Source: Yuukianura sp. NJ FZ-2021 (lineage: Eukaryota). From it: a DNA stretch of 64,000 nucleotides. The position numbers and the translations under genes were made by a program. Each line of letters starts with the position of its first letter. The stretch's first letter is position 1. Shown in pieces: positions 25,901-36,800 of the stretch. The notes beneath the pieces are model-generated. The model saw only the letters and a list, made by a program, of their open reading frames with translations, was not told where the DNA came from and did no database searches. The stretch lies in NCBI GenBank assembly GCA_046563655.1, contig CM102285.1, positions 5,890,001 through 5,954,000 on the forward strand. The letters run 5' to 3'.

Positions 25901-28900
25901 CTTTACGTCCGAAAGTTGATGCTGAACTTGATTCAATGGAAAAGGCAGGAGTAATTGAACGAGTCGACACCAGTGAATGGGCATCCCCCATCGTCGTTGT
26001 TCCAAAAACTAACGGTAAAGTGAGAATCACTGGTGACTTTAAAAATACAGTCAATTGTCAACTTCATGTTACTCAGTACCCCCTTGCTCGTTCAGAGGAC
26101 TTGTTCAGTGTTATTGCAGGTGGTGAAAAGTTCACACGACTCGACGGTCCCGACGCTTTTCATCAGGTAGAAGTCGATGAACAGTCAAAAAAGTGTTTAG
26201 TGATTAACACTCATCGTGGTCTCTACCGATACCGTGTCCTACCTCAGGGTATAGCCTCCTCACCTGCAATCTTCCAAGAGTGCATGGACAAATTGCTCAA
26301 GGGAATCTCAATGTCCGGTTCGTTTATGGACGATACCCTAGTGAGTGGCAAAAATGATCAAGATCATCTCTCCTCGCTGAAAACAGTTTTTGAGAGGATG
26401 AGAGCTTCCAATTACAAGTTGTCAAGATCAAAGTGTCAGTTTATGGAAAAGTCCCTTGAATTTATTGGTCATGTGATCACTTCGGAAGGTATACACGTCT
26501 CCCCCGAAAAAATTCAAGCATTGTTATCCATACAGCAACCACAAAGTGTAACGGAAGTGAAATCGTTTCTCGGTCTTGTCAATTTTTATTGTCGTTTTGT
26601 TCCTTCACTCTCAGACATCTGCACCCCACTTTACGAACTAACCCGTAAAGATGTCAAGTTCAAATGGTCTAACCAGTGTCAGTCAGCGTTTGACAGAGTG
26701 AAACGTGAACTCTCAAACACTCCAGTACTCGCACACCATGATCAGTCCAAGCCGATCGGGATCAGCTGTGATGCCTCCAAGTTCGGAATCGGTGTTGTTC
26801 TTTTTCACAAGGAAAATGGATTGGAACGACCTATCGCATTCGCTTCAAAAACTCTCACTGCCGCCGAGTCTCGTTATTCACAAATCGAGAAGGAAGCACT
26901 GTCAATTGTTTTTGGAGTGAAAAAGTTTTTTCAGTATTTGTGTGGTCGTACATTTTCTATCGTCACTGATCATAAACCACTTTTGTCTATTTTTGGTTCA
27001 AGTGCAGTTCCTTCGTTTGTGGCTACTCGACTTAACAAGTGGTCACTTTATCTGAGCCAATTTAACTTTGATATTTCTTACAGAAATACCAAGGACCACG
27101 GTAATGCAGACGCACTCTCAAGGTTACCAGTCAAGTCTAATTGTTCCAGTGACGTTCTTGACTGCAGTGATGTTCACTTCCTTGCTGTAGAAAATTCAAA
27201 CACTCTTCCAGTCACCTCCAAGAAAATTCGGAACTTCATTAGTCGTGACATTGTGCTCGGAATTGTTGTACGTTACGTCAAGGACGGATGGCCCAGTCAT
27301 CTTCCAGATTCAGAAAAATACCTACAACCATTTTTCATCCGTCGTCATGAGCTCACCATTGTCCAAGGAATTTTGATGTGGGGAATTCGTGTCGTCATCC
27401 CATCAAAATTGAGACAACAGTTACTGGACGATCTTCATTCTACACACTCTGGCATTGTTCGAATGAAGAGCCTCGCCCGTCAGTTTGTTTGGTGGCCCGA
27501 GATCGACAAGGAAATTGAAAACATTGGCAAGTCATGTCAATCGTGTGGTTCTCAGCGATCAAACCCTCCAAGTGCTCCACTTCACCCGTGGGAATTTCCT
27601 GAGAGACCGTGGCAACGTCTACACGTCGACCTCGCAGGTCCATTTCTTAATCGAATGTGGTTAGTGGTCATGGACGCACATTCGAAATGGCCCGAAGTTT
27701 TTAGTCTGGCCAACAATGCATCAAGCAAATCCGTTATTGCCAAAGTTCGTGAGTGTCTCACTCGTTTTGGAATTCCAGACCAGATTGTAAGCGACAACGG
27801 AAGTCAATTTACGTCTGGCGAATTCAAAACATTCTGTTCTTCGAATGGAATACGTCATTCCACAAGCTCCGCCTACCACCCCCGTTCCAATGGGGAAGCG
27901 GAACGCTTCGTTCGTACCTTCAAGGAAAGTCTGAAGAAATCCACAGGAGATGCAGAACTCTTTCTTCAACGTTTTCTTTTCAACTACCGTATCACCCCTC
28001 ATTCAACTACTGGAGCAGCGCCATGCGAACTCCTGCAGGGAAGGAAGTTGAAATGTTTGTTGGATTTTGTACGTCCCGACGTCCAGCCCTCAGTCTCCAA
28101 CTCCCAACTTAAACAAAAGGAAAAGTTTGACCAAAAGTCAAAACAGCGTCAGTTCACCATTGGTCAACGCGTTTGGGTCCAAACATTTTCTAAAGGAGAG
28201 GAAAAATGGAGTCTGGGCACAATCAAATCTGCAATCGGTCCGGTCACGTACACAGTCGCAACAAATGACAAGGACTACAAACGTCACGTCGATCACATCT
28301 TGGATGCACCTCCACTCAAGAAGGCTGACGCAGTTGCTGAACAGTACGAGTCTCCCGCAGTAGAAGATCCACCTTTGACCTTCTCTCCGCTTAAGGCCCA
28401 ACCAGCGATCACACTCAACCCCAGTCCGGAAGTTCCAGTTCCACGTCCCGTTCCAACACAACCGACAGTCTCAGTCCCAGTTCCGGTACAACAGGCACCG
28501 ACGCCCGTCACTACCCGTCCTGTACTCCGACGCTCACAACGCCTCTTGGACAAGACACTCAACAACAGTCTCACCCAAAACAAGTGAAGGAAGGGATGGT
28601 GTAGTGTATTCACACTTATCTTAGTTTTAGTCTCACTAGTTTTAGTCAAAACTATGTCCCAGTATTAGGGTGTCCCCTCCCGGTTCCTGCTCAGCGCCCC
28701 CAACGCCCAGAGTAGGTACCACGTAAATGTGTGCGACAGACAGAACCCACCCCTGACCCGTTTTGTACATAACACAATTGGCCTTAGTTCTAGAATAAAC
28801 AATTGTTCATTGTTTAATTCAGTGTCTACTCGTTGCAAGTCATTTCGTAGACACAACACTATGCTAGTGCAGAAATCATCTGAAGGAAGTACCACTCTCA

Positions 28901-29778
28901 AAGTGGGTGACATCGTTCTCGTCGGAGCCGAATGGAAGAAACGTTTCCAATGGCCCTTGGGAAAAATCATGGAACTCATTCCTGGAAAAGATGGAAAAAT
29001 TCGGGTGGTCAAGGTCAAAGTCTCCAACGCATCCAGTGAGAAGAAGGATTTCGGATGTCACATCTTGACTCGCCCAATCCAGCGGATCTACCCATTGGAA
29101 ATTTCAAGTCCACCAGCGGAAATCACTAAAGACAAAGTTCGGAGTTTGAAAAAGCGGTCGACTAAAGTCGCTGAGCCGGAGAAGGACCAATCAGAGGAGC
29201 CTGACGAAGACATCAAAGAAACGAGATCAGGACGTAAGGTCAAGAAGCCAACTCGGTATGGATATGGATCATGGACATATTAGGATTATTAGGTTAAGTT
29301 CATGGATTATACTAGGTTAATTTTAGTGTACGACTAGTTTTAAAAGTTTCACTTTTAAAAGGTGGGAAAAAATGTTGGGAGCTGAAATTAGGTTATTTTT
29401 TGTAAATTTTAGGTTTTGACTTTTGGTATTTTTTAGAATTTGAGATTTTGAGGGAATGGGAGAGGGAAATTCAAAATAGCGTTTTTTGTGTGTTATATTT
29501 TTAGGTTTTTTTGTTAGAAAAAGTAAGAAAAAGAAGAGAGTCGAATTTTAGATATTCAAGAGACAGGACCAGTAAGAAAGTGTAAAAAAAGAGTTAATTG
29601 GTAAAATAAGTTAAATAAATCGATTATTCAGTAACACAGTCTACGAACAACGAAGGATTCAGTCATTCTAGCGGGTAGCAGTTGACCATCCTTACAGAAA
29701 TATTCAAACACGAGTTCTCTAAAACCCCAAAGAGGAATGTATCTTCGGCTAAAGAAAATCCAAAATTCATCCAACTGA
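16949..29778 (+). CDS. Cytochrome P450, clan 3 (CYP6/CYP9-like); last exon interrupted by an LTR retrotransposon
   Basis: Exons 16949-17704, 17843-18266, 18385-18636 and 18713-18811 + 29702-29778 (535 aa when restored), with GT-AG introns. N-terminal anchor, WRQLR, AGFDTT, ETLR, PERF, FGQGPRNCIG. The current allele stops inside the LTR at 18858 (525 aa). Confidence 0.93.
19389..29283 (+). CDS. BEL/Pao gag-pol polyprotein, split by the Gypsy insertion
   Basis: Gag with three Cys/His knuckles, protease LFDEGSQ, RT YVDN, RNase H FTDAS/TIPRLEL, integrase SDNGTNF/WWGGFWER. Joining 24281 to 28864 gives EYLAM-LVQK...VGDIVLV...WPLGKI, about 1770 aa. Confidence 0.93.
24282..28858 (+). mobile_element. 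Ty3/Gypsy (Mag-like) LTR retrotransposon, intact, copy 1
   Basis: 259-bp LTRs at 24282-24540 and 28600-28858 (one mismatch seen); 5-bp TSD CTATG; PBS TGGCGACGAG (tRNA-Ser-like); PPT GAAGGAAGGGATGG. Confidence 0.96.
24559..28587 (+). CDS. Gypsy single-ORF gag-pol (1342 aa from the first ATG)
   Basis: Two zinc knuckles, protease FDTG, RT WASPIV/LPQG/FMDD, RNase H CDAS/YSQIEKEAL, integrase H2C2 plus HVD/SDNG/AER. Confidence 0.95.
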   Translation: MATIGTLKQFESSVDDFEVWCDVFYSFLVANSIDQKEDADKSRAIFLSCVGIPTYTVLVNLISPEMPNKLKLDRIIEVLKAHYKPPPKALAERFKFASRKQNSGESVNAFLAELRKLATTCKFGNELESRLRDQFIFGLSSEQAQKVIFSKDDAITLSETVKLAVAQEMASTSTSLVREQNGQSAEHVLKTVSQKKNTNDGGKGQFNRKTNKPTTGKGKKSNQSNSCPNCGNTSHTKAKDCPHKNVKCHNCAKLGHFAKYCRSESSSSKQRSQTNDVSQVNNVPADNQDIIRIQVTINQVPHVMEFDTGCRRSILSEEFWKSSLRSSPPLQKSNQSFRTYTNEVFHPSGKVSANLGYKDQVHHVTLNVSKGTSLFGRDLIRLVKPEWNDIAEQCNIVSSNKLSLQSLLADFSDIFSAPNGCIKDYKAKIVLKEDAVPKFLKARPIPFALRPKVDAELDSMEKAGVIERVDTSEWASPIVVVPKTNGKVRITGDFKNTVNCQLHVTQYPLARSEDLFSVIAGGEKFTRLDGPDAFHQVEVDEQSKKCLVINTHRGLYRYRVLPQGIASSPAIFQECMDKLLKGISMSGSFMDDTLVSGKNDQDHLSSLKTVFERMRASNYKLSRSKCQFMEKSLEFIGHVITSEGIHVSPEKIQALLSIQQPQSVTEVKSFLGLVNFYCRFVPSLSDICTPLYELTRKDVKFKWSNQCQSAFDRVKRELSNTPVLAHHDQSKPIGISCDASKFGIGVVLFHKENGLERPIAFASKTLTAAESRYSQIEKEALSIVFGVKKFFQYLCGRTFSIVTDHKPLLSIFGSSAVPSFVATRLNKWSLYLSQFNFDISYRNTKDHGNADALSRLPVKSNCSSDVLDCSDVHFLAVENSNTLPVTSKKIRNFISRDIVLGIVVRYVKDGWPSHLPDSEKYLQPFFIRRHELTIVQGILMWGIRVVIPSKLRQQLLDDLHSTHSGIVRMKSLARQFVWWPEIDKEIENIGKSCQSCGSQRSNPPSAPLHPWEFPERPWQRLHVDLAGPFLNRMWLVVMDAHSKWPEVFSLANNASSKSVIAKVRECLTRFGIPDQIVSDNGSQFTSGEFKTFCSSNGIRHSTSSAYHPRSNGEAERFVRTFKESLKKSTGDAELFLQRFLFNYRITPHSTTGAAPCELLQGRKLKCLLDFVRPDVQPSVSNSQLKQKEKFDQKSKQRQFTIGQRVWVQTFSKGEEKWSLGTIKSAIGPVTYTVATNDKDYKRHVDHILDAPPLKKADAVAEQYESPAVEDPPLTFSPLKAQPAITLNPSPEVPVPRPVPTQPTVSVPVPVQQAPTPVTTRPVLRRSQRLLDKTLNNSLTQNK

Positions 29779-30059
29779 AAAAAAATTCAACATGCTTCCA
29801 GCATTAGTTAAAGAATTAACAGTCGAATTGTTTTTAAAATTTTGAATTTCATATCAAAGAAACGGGAATTATTGTCTGCTGTGAATCACCATAATTAGAA
29901 AATAGTCAAAATAAGTTCTATTTGGAATAGAAAATGAAGTTTTATTAAGCTTCAAAAGTGAATTTCTGAATTAGGAGTTGGATGAAGAATTAAAGTGAAC
30001 TTTTAGCAAGTAGAAAAACTAAATACTTGAGCGATCAAAATACTAAACCTTGCCTTCTG

Positions 30060-30177
30060 TATAAGAATGTCAATTAATTGCGGCACTTTTTTGTCATCTG
30101 CTCGTCCTTAACTTAAGTTCCAAAAATACGTCCATAGATTTGTGATCGCAAGTCTTCATTAGGAAGACGTCATTGCT
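30060..30177 (-). pseudogene. Orphan degenerate MATH-BTB terminal exon (duplicate at about 41515-41632)
   Basis: NDVFL...FLEL / DEQMTKKVPQLIDIL with a deletion and frameshift; piggyBac inserted at its acceptor TTAA. Confidence 0.65.
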
Positions 30178-30181
30178 TTAA

Positions 30182-32410
30182 CCCTTTCGCTACGGATGAC
30201 ACGTATATGTGACATTTAAAAACACCCTTCAGGGACGGATGACACGTATATGTGACATTTAAAAACACCCCTCAGAGCCGGATGACACAAATATGTGTCA
30301 TTTAAAAACACTCTTCAGAGCCGGATGACACAAATATGTGTCATTTAAAAACACTTCTCAGGGACGGGTGACACAAATATGTGTCCGGGCAAATTCTACC
30401 CTAAATCCAGTTCGTTTGTGTCAAACTACCAAAATCAAATCAAAATTCAAAATTTCTTTTTTCAAAATTTTGAACGTTTCAACTTTTTTCGAAATTTTCA
30501 ACTTTTTTCAAAATTTTGAACTTGTCAAAATTTTCAACTTTTTTCAAACTTTTCAACTTTTTTCATAATTTTGAACTTTTTTTCAAAACTTTGAACTTTT
30601 TTCAAAACTTTGAACTTTTTTCATAATTTTGAACTTTTTTTCAAAACTTTGAACTTTTTTCATAATTTTGAACTTTTTTTCAAAACTTTGAACTTTTTTC
30701 ATAATTTTGAACTTTTTTTCAAAACTTTGAACTTTTTTCATAATTTTGAACTTTTTTTCAAAACTTTGAACTTTCTTTTTCAAATTTTTTTTTGGAGAGT
30801 TTAATTGACATTAGCATTCAGCTTTATCAACAGGGGCACTATGGGAGATGAGAAGAGAATGTGTAAAAATGGCGTCGGAGCGTTATCGTTGTCACCCAGA
30901 ATACGTATGGACAACGATTTTGAATTTTCGCTAATGTTCGCTAATGTTCGACGTGAAATTTCACGCGCGAACAAAAATGGCAACCACCTGCTGCCAGTGT
31001 CACCAACATAACGTCCACTCAGCGATTTTCCATTTTTTGCGCGCGAATGTCGCCAATTTCGAACATGTCGCGATCCGCGGCGTGAAATTTCGCGTCATAA
31101 ACAAAAATGGAGTCGGAAGGTGCTCGTCGGCACCAGGAATACGTATGGGCAACGTTTTTGGATTTTCGCTGAAATTCGCGAATTTTGCGAATCGCGGATA
31201 TCGCGACGTGGAATTTTACGTGACTCAATCTGTGCACCTCCAGGCGTTTACGGGATCGTTTTTCTCCCGTTTTTTGCATGTGAAAAATTTGAGGTCAAGA
31301 GGTCATACCATATTTTTTTTTAGTGTCTGGGAATAGCCCATCATGTCCCAAAGTAAAAAAAAAACACGATCTTTTTCTTCAAAATTTTATGTTCAAAATT
31401 TTTCGAAAAACGATTTCAAAAATGAAAAATGACTCAATCTGAGTCACCCAGGCCTGTACGGGAACTGTTCGTCAGAATCGACAAGGATTACCAAAGTTTA
31501 CTACCAAACTAAAGAGAGGGAGTGTGAGGTTTAATTTGCTGAAAAACTTTTGTTAGAAAGGTAAGGGATTTATTAAAAAAAATGAAATTTCAAAACCGAA
31601 TATAAAATTTTTTGAATTTTTAGATGGTCAGACAGAAGACAACTTCTGATGCTTTCCTCTTTCCTACCGCATGAAAATTTGCAATTCAACCAATCTGAAA
31701 AACGTTAGACAGAAGGAAATCTACTGAAAATCAACGCATGGGTGGCGTCGACGCAATTGACCAAATTGAATCATTTTACTAGTCGAGTAGAAAATATATC
31801 AAATGGTACAAGAAATTCGCATTTCACCTCATCGACCTGGCTGTATACAATTCATACATTATCTACAACTTCCACCGTGCACCTCAACGGATACACTACA
31901 AGGATTTTCTGGAACTCCTCATCAAGGAAATTTTGGAAAACTTTCCTGTTACAAGGAAAAAGAAAGGCCGACCAATCAAACACCCACTCGCCGTCATTGC
32001 ACAGAAAGAGCACCACTTTCCAATTGAACTTACATATGAAAACGGAAAGCAGCGTCGTTCACGATGTACTATAGGCCAAGCAAACGGGAGAAGACGGTCC
32101 ACTGCTTATGGATGCTTTACATACAAATAACGATTTTGCGTCCGCGGAGACCCATTTTGCTTCAATATCTATCATAACTACTAGTTTTCAAAGTATTTTG
32201 ATTAAAAGATTTGATTTATAGATTATATTCATATATTTTTATCAGCGGATTCTGCTGAAAAAAACTCCGGCTCTGAGGGGCGCATGCGTAAAATAAAGAT
32301 CGTTTTTAAGTGACCCTTCCGATTTTTAATGACGTCCTGAGCGAACACCTGGCAATTAATTAATCCGTCTCCCAGGTGTGAAATAAAAAATTAAATCCGT
32401 ACCGAAAGGG
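30182..32410 (+). mobile_element. Non-autonomous piggyBac element, copy 1
   Basis: TTAA TSD; TIR CCCTTTCGCTACGGAT / ATCCGTACCGAAAGGG; transposase C-terminal relic MGGVDAIDQ..Y*..RKYIKWYKKFAFHLIDLAVYNSYIIY and Cys-rich tail (31738-32180); about 41-bp tandem repeats at 30190-30385; TTTTGAACTTTTTTCA array at 30465-30780. Confidence 0.93.
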
Positions 32411-32982
32411 TTAAAAAAAATAAATTTATTTAATTGAATAAATGTAATAAATTTACCAATCCCCTTCCATCAAATTGCGTTTATGTTAAACTCGGTCTCA
32501 CCAAGGTGGATAAACAAAGAAATACTTATTCTTTAACAGGTTAGGCAATAACTCGAGTTTTAAGTTTTTTGCAAAAAATTTTCAATACTGAATTCACGTA
32601 GTTTCAATCGCAGTTTTATGGTAAACGGAATCAAAAACTTCGGAGAGATGGCTTTTGAATTCAAATTGGCAAACTCAAAGTAGAAAAGAGTAAAAGGTAG
32701 AAAAAACAAAAAATGTAGAAAAACTTGTTTGAGGACTTAGGACTTACGGCCAAACCTCTTAAAGGAAAAGTATTTCGTTGCTATAGCAACCTTGCTCTAA
32801 CCGAACAATGAACTCAGTCATTTCATTCCTTCAAAATCTAAATTTTAAGTGTCACTAATTCAAATTAATGTATACTTTTTCACAAAAACTTATAAGAACA
32901 AGGGCTACTTAATGAACAAAATTATAAATTGTATTTATATAACAAAATTATATTTCCCAGTGATATGTGCGTGGTTGTGTTG

Positions 32983-33851
32983 TTAGGCCGCAATTACTTT
33001 CCTAAGAATCGTAATTAATTTAGGCATTTTCCCTGACATCCGCTCGTCTCCAACAAGTTCCAGGAACTCTTTCAAATGTGCCCGCACAAATTCTTCCAAT
33101 TCAGGACTATCATCGAGCAGGACGTCATTCCTTAAAAAAATAGTTCGCTATTGTTCTAGATGTGTTGAATTGTATTCAAAGCCTTACCAAACAATAAAGT
33201 CAATTGCAAGTGATTTGAGACGTTCGAGTCTAAAAGGAATTGCTTGCCGGAAAGCTTCAATCGCAGTTTCCATTGTTAAGTTTTCGGCCCAAATAAACCC
33301 TGCTTCGAATTTTAACTTATCCAATCCATAGAAATCTGCAATTTGAATAAATTCTGGAGCCAATTCTGCAGTGACAATACTCTTATCGTCGGAGTACAAG
33401 TATTTCAACATCAATTTCACGATTTCTGGACGAAAGTCGTCAATTTTGATGCAGTTTGACCCTGCTTCTATCATTGGCGCCTCTAGCATAGCTCTAAAAA
33501 CTGGGCTACGTGCTATTTTCAAAAAATAGATTTGATAGGATGACTTGGTAGAAAGACAGAGACCTAACGTCATCTGTTAACAATGTTCACGTACTTGTGA
33601 ATGAGGAACGCATGCGTAATACTCACCGGCGAGGATGACCTTGTGTACTTGGTATGTTTCTGCACCGGCGCAAATTGTAACGTCAAAGAAGGATGGATTT
33701 TCAAAAAACAAACTGAGATCAAAATTCAGATCATTAGGCGGGGTAATAATGTGCTTGTGGTCCATCCTCCTTCCCCAATCCCGATACAGCGACTTCACTG
33801 TACGTCAAACGTAGTTGGATTCTGAGGTTGCCATTGTGCCGTAACGAATCC
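32983..33851 (-). pseudogene. 5'-truncated duplicate of MATH-BTB copy D (BTB and terminal exons only)
   Basis: Matches 44435-45303; cut at the duplication junction. Confidence 0.9.
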
Positions 33852-33858
33852 TTGGACC

Positions 33859-36800
33859 TGACCTTGGATGGGATGTCGAGTGGGATGAAGATCAGAAGGA
33901 GCCATTTCGTAATTGGTGTACAGAAATGGAATTTCTAGAGAAAATCAAGATCCCACGTCATCCATTTGCTGGAGTAAATGTGAAATCAGTCCAACTTCAT
34001 GTGTTCACGGACGCCAGTCAAGCCGCCTACGCCGGTGTCGTATTCGTGAGGGTGGAGAGTGACTTGGAAGTTTCAGTTCAGTTGTTGGCAGCAAAGTCAC
34101 GAGTCGCCCCAATCAGCAGGGAAAACAAGAAGAAAGTGACAATCCCAAGATTAGAGTTGATGGGATGTCTCATTGGAGCAAGATTGTTCACTAGTGTCAA
34201 GGCGGCTATGACAGTGAACATCGACTCAGTTCATTTTTGGACGGACTCCACCACTGCTTTAAGTTGGATCCAGCGACAGGAGAATTGGGGAACGTTCGTC
34301 GGAAATCGAGTGAAGGAGATAGGGAAGTTGACCAACGTGAACTCTTGGAAGCATGTCCCTGGCAGTGTCAATCCCGCAGATCTTCCTTCACGGGGATGTT
34401 CACCGAGAGAATTACTGGAATCCAAATGGTGGGAAGGCCCAGAATGGCTCAAGGACAGAGAAGAAAATTGGCCTAGAGTCTACGCAGACGCAGAAGAACA
34501 GATCGTCAACTCAGAAAGACGCAAGACTACTCTAATTGCCAAAGAAACTGAGGTTAAGGAGCCCCGGTTTGGAGTTTACTTGCAAAATGTTCGTGTGGCT
34601 GCCTATGTGAGAAGATTTGTACAGAATCTGCGTCTCAAAATAGAAAATCGAGTGACGTCACCACATTTTAGCAAACAAGAGATGTTGAAGGCCGAAGAAG
34701 ACTTGATTCGTCAACTTCAGAAAGAAAGATTTGGTGATAAGTTGCAGTCGGCTGATTGGAAAAATCTGGACGTGAAGAGGAGCGACGGACTGTGGAAAGT
34801 GACCTCAAGGCTCCTCTACAAAGATGACACAGAGAACTTCCGGACACCAGTTTTGTTGCCACGAGGGGATCCGCTAGTTAATCAATTGATTAACCATGTT
34901 CATAGGTCCATGGGGCATGCTGGGACTCAAGTCGTACTCGGAAAGTTACGTGAGAGATACTGGATACAACAAGGAAGAAAGACGGTGGGAAAAGTTATTC
35001 GTCTGTGTGTCATTTGTCGCCGTCATACGTCAAAGAAAACCAATTGTGAATCAGCACCACTGCCAAAGGATCGAGTTTCAACGTCATTCGCGTTTCAAAC
35101 GACAGGAGTGGACTTAGCGGGACCGATCATACTCAAAGGAGGGACCAAGGCATGGATTGTGCTGTTCACATGCGCAGTGTATAGGGGAGTACATTTGGAC
35201 TTGGTCACCTCACTCTCCACTGAAGCATTCTTAGAATCCATTGAGCGCTTCATCAATATCATTGGGCGTCCAAACCGGATCTACAGCGACAACGGGACGA
35301 ATTTTGTTGGCGCTAAAAATCTGATGAAAGAACTCGACTGGAAGACACTAGAGGAAGAGTTCAAAGTCAAAGAGATCATCTGGACGTTCAATCCTCCAGC
35401 AGCACCGTGGTGGGGAGGATTTTGGGAACGTATGGTCAGATCTGTCAAGGAACTATTCAGAAGAATGATGGGTAATGCAAAGCTAACCTACGAGCAGTCC
35501 CTTACTTGCATCTACTCAATCGCTGGAACAATCAACGATCGGCCATTGACGACTCTCACAGAAGATGACAACGATCTGACGCCGTTGACACCAAGGATGT
35601 TCATGCGGGACTTACCGGTTGGGTGTTTCCCAGAAGGAGATGAAATTGGAGCTGACGGTTATAGAAAGGCGTACTCCAAACTACAGACAATGAAAACGAC
35701 CCTACAAGCAAGATTTCGGAAGGAGTACTTAGCTATGTGTAGTGTATTCACACTTATCTTAGTTTTAGTCTCACTAGTTTTAGTCAAAACTATGTCCCAG
35801 TATTAGGGTGTCCCCTCCCGGTTCCTGCTCAGCGCCCCCAACGCCCAGAGTAGGTACCACGTAAATGTGTGCGACAGACAGAACCCACCCCTGACCCGTT
35901 TTGTACATAACACAATTGGCCTTAGTTCTAGAATAAACAATTGTTCATTGTTTACTTCAGTGTCTACTCGTTGCAAGTCATTTCGTAGACACAACATTTT
36001 TGGCGACGAGAGTCATGGCTACAATCGGTACTCTCAAACAGTTCGAGTCATCAGTGGACGATTTTGAGGTATGGTGTGATGTCTTCTATTCCTTCCTGGT
36101 TGCAAATTCTATCGATCAAAAAGAGGATGCTGATAAGTCACGGGCGATCTTCCTGTCATGTGTTGGAATCCCCACTTACACAGTCCTCGTAAATCTGATT
36201 TCGCCAGAGATGCCGAATAAGTTGAAGCTAGACAGAATCATTGAAGTCCTCAAAGCACACTACAAGCCTCCACCAAAAGCACTGGCTGAAAGGTTCAAGT
36301 TTGCCAGTAGGAAGCAAAACAGTGGTGAAAGTGTTAATGCCTTTTTGGCTGAGTTACGCAAGCTAGCAACTACTTGCAAATTTGGAAATGAACTAGAGTC
36401 CCGTCTTCGAGATCAGTTCATTTTTGGACTCTCCAGTGAACAGGCACAAAAAGTTATTTTTTCCAAGGACGATGCCATTACCCTCTCCGAAACAGTTAAA
36501 CTAGCGGTGGCTCAGGAAATGGCAAGTACCAGTACTTCACTCGTCCGGGAACAGAATGGTCAATCCGCCGAACACGTGTTGAAAACAGTCTCTCAGAAGA
36601 AGAACACAAATGATGGTGGTAAAGGTCAATCCAACCGTAAGACCAACAAACAATCAACTGGTAAAGGGAAAAAGTCGAATCAGTCAAATTCGTGTCCCAA
36701 CTGTGGAAATACTTCACATACAAAAGCTAAAGATTGTCCACATAAAAATGTCAAGTGTCATAACTGTGCAAAATTAGGTCATTTTGCTAAATATTGTCGT

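Larger units (their letters stand above)
18812..29696 (+). mobile_element. BEL/Pao LTR retrotransposon, full length, with nested Gypsy
   Basis: 324-bp TG...CA LTRs at 18812-19135 and 29373-29696, no difference seen by eye; 5-bp TSD GAAAT; PBS TGGTGACCC (tRNA-Trp-like) at about 19141; PPT AAAAGGTGGGAAAAAA. Confidence 0.96.

Noticed and set aside
28729..29283. Separate env-like or accessory ORF
   Set aside because: It is the displaced C-terminus of the BEL polyprotein, preceded by Gypsy LTR sequence.
30190..30385. Regularly spaced repeats resembling a CRISPR array
   Set aside because: Head-to-tail 41-bp units without unique spacers, inside a piggyBac end, in eukaryotic DNA with no cas genes.
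30583..30804. Lys/Phe-rich repeat ORFs
   Set aside because: Low-complexity array inside the piggyBac; the ORFs are not preserved in the duplicate copy.
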